A stretch of 64,000 bases of DNA from Microbotryum violaceum (Eukaryota). How positions within the stretch are numbered: the first letter of the stretch is position 1; each line of letters begins with the position of its first letter. Of this stretch, positions 61,951-64,000 are shown piece after piece. Position numbers and translations under genes: made by a program. Below the pieces are notes generated by a model that ran no database searches, was not told the DNA's origin, and worked only from the letters and a program-made list of their open reading frames with translations. The stretch is from assembly GCA_001244265.2 (NCBI GenBank), contig CDLV01000013.1, positions 558,001-622,000 on the forward strand, given 5' to 3'.

Positions 61951-64000
61951 ATGTAAAGATACTAAGACAGTACCGGTTCTATACCAATAGGCTCACCTTG
62001 TCTCGTCTCCTCTCCTATAGGGTCGCGCACCTCTCGTCCAAGCTTTCGCATCTCGCGCAGTCGTTCCGACCCCAGCACCACTTCAACACCTTGCGTAATG
62101 CGTTCCCTTCCTCCGCTTCGGCCCATGGAGGATCGACCACCGGCTTCTTCGACCCGGCCAATGTGTTCCAACACGCCGCGAACAATACTTTGGGAGCCGC
62201 GACCGGCCAGGCTGCGGGCGCTGGACCGGGCTCGTCGGCGGGAGGCGCTGGAGGGGCCAAGTGGCACGCCGGTAGGAATGCTTACAACTGGGGCTCATCG
62301 GTGAGCAAAAACAACAACAACACCACTTTTGCTCGAGCGGGAAGCACGGATGCTAATGCTGTTGGATTGATCCGCCGTCGGATGATCTTTTTCTTCCCTT
62401 TCTTTTTCCCTCAGAATTCGGGCCGGATGATGTCACAAGCTACCTCCCAGGATCCGTCGACACGACTGGACGAGGAAGCCGAAGACTCTTCCATCACACG
62501 AGGGAGACGCAACGTCCTGCTCACCCCGCATCGAGCAGGACGAGCAGCACCAGCACCGTTCAAGTCCGCGACCCGAGAACGCAGCTCGTCGATCCCTTCT
62601 TCGACCGAACGACCGGCCCCACCAACCGAATTGCTCAGGGTCTCCGAGATGGGTCTTCAAGCACCGCGGTTGTCGAGTACCGAGATGCAGAGCCGCTATC
62701 GATTTGCGTTTGCGCAGGGGACCAAGACCGTTGAGATGGTCGCGATGGAGAGGGAGGCCGATGAGATGGATCTTGGGCCGCAAGCTTCGAGTGTTCGCGT
62801 CTCGAGGCGGAGAGCGTCCATCTCGTCCGTGACGACACCTTCCTTCATACGGATACCTCGACCCTTGTTGTTGGCTGGTTCATCCTCGAGCGCAGCGGCA
62901 CCGCTATTGAGCGCCCGAGGCGTGCACACGACGACGAAATCCTCCCCCTCGAGTCGGCGAACTCCTTTCCCTTCGACCTCCCCACCGCTTGCGACCGTCG
63001 CTCGGGTCCGACGCAACTCGACTTCGGCGATCGAACCCTCCTCGCCTTCTCTTCTTGACTCGGCCGATGCGGCGTTGCAAGTTCCTCCACCCCGCCAGTC
63101 CTCGTCACGCCCCCCGGCATCGAGCCCCAACGATCCCGCCTCGATGATGTTGCGCCAGCGCAGCCCAGCCTTCACAGAGAAGATAGAGGCCCCGACTTTT
63201 GAGACGATTAGGAACTTATCCTACCGCAGTCCTGAAGCCGCAAACGACGCTGTTCGTCACTACCTCGCCGTCGAGAGTGCTTACTCGGTCGAAGGCCACA
63301 ACGCGGCGATGGAAGCCTTGTTGAGGACGCGCTTACCGAACACGCCCATCACGACGATCGTGCATCTGTACAACCAGTTGTTCGAGCACGAGGCGTTGAG
63401 ACCGACGAGGAGATCGTACGAACTTGTGCTCAAGACTTTTTGCACGCGTGACCAAGAGGTGCTCAACAACATCAGCTTCTTGACCAAGCGCATCGAACGC
63501 AAGAAGGGGGCGACTCTGGCGCGCGGTCCGTACCATCGCGCATCGAGCTCGGAAGAGTTGATGATGAACCCTGCCGAACAAAGGACGCTCGAGACGCTGC
63601 AGAAGGAGGACTACCTCTCCCCTGCGCTTGAGATCTACAAGACCTTGGGCCCGCTCGGCGATAAGCTCGAGGACGGGGTCATGAGCGGGTTGATCGCCGG
63701 CGCCGCTCGAAGGGGTCGCATCGATTTGGCCTTGACCTTGTTTGGTCGAGTCGAAAAGTCGCCTTTCCAAAAGGCACTTCCGGGGACGTACATTGCGCTG
63801 ATCCAGATGTTCGGTCGCGAAAAGGACAAGGAGTCGTTGATGGCCGTGTTCGAGGGTTACCTCCAAGCCCGAGCTGCGGGCCAGCTCCGACCTACGAACA
63901 GTGCCATCAAGCGACCGTTCCACCAACAAGTGCCGGTCAAGCACGCCTACTCGACCGCGCCCGAGTTCACCTTCCGGGCCAACTCTGGCTTCTTCGTCGG
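61951..64000 (+). CDS. Probable mitochondrial pentatricopeptide-repeat protein, 5' part (continues beyond window)
   Basis: MVAHLSSKLSHLAQSF..., G-rich GAGGAKWHAG segment, then an open frame with PPR-like helical repeats (HNAAMEALL..., SYELVLKTF..., TYIALIQMFG). ATG split AT|G by intron 61953-62020. Confidence 0.75.

Noticed and set aside
32739..64000. Functional cluster of mitochondrial/respiratory genes (CMC1, LIP5, NDUFV1, HEM12, KGD4, PPR)
   Set aside because: They are interspersed with unrelated genes and share no motif I could find; compatible with chance.

Overview
Intron-rich fungal nuclear DNA, most consistent with a basidiomycete such as a Microbotryomycetes/Sporidiobolales yeast (inferred from splice signals, gene content and protein style). 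About 22 spliced genes can be read: FUM1 (partial), VPS68, POL12, an ENT-family nucleoside transporter, cyclophilin-40, SKI2, a secreted PhoD phosphatase, a GH5 exoglucanase, GPI7, TRM44, CMC1, LIP5, the complex I 51-kDa subunit, a FAM192A/NIP30 protein, a divergent GAPDH, HEM12, proteasome alpha-1, KGD4, a PPR protein (partial), one hypothetical gene and three GPI-anchored CFEM paralogues. The ORF track largely misses the CFEM genes. An ~11.4-kb repeat island sits between two divergent CFEM genes. It holds a TIR-bounded relic and a degraded ~9.7-kb non-LTR retrotransposon with an unusual AMDD RT motif and a hydrophobic, signal-like segment in front of its endonuclease. An internally deleted Ty1/copia element is nested in that endonuclease with a clean 5-bp TSD. 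The other main leads are a possible splice switch giving mitochondrial versus cytosolic fumarase, Asp->Asn replacement of the heme ligand in all three CFEM proteins, two start codons split by introns, a structured intron in the complex I gene and Pho4-type boxes inside the PhoD intron. Gene models were spliced by eye and boundaries are approximate.
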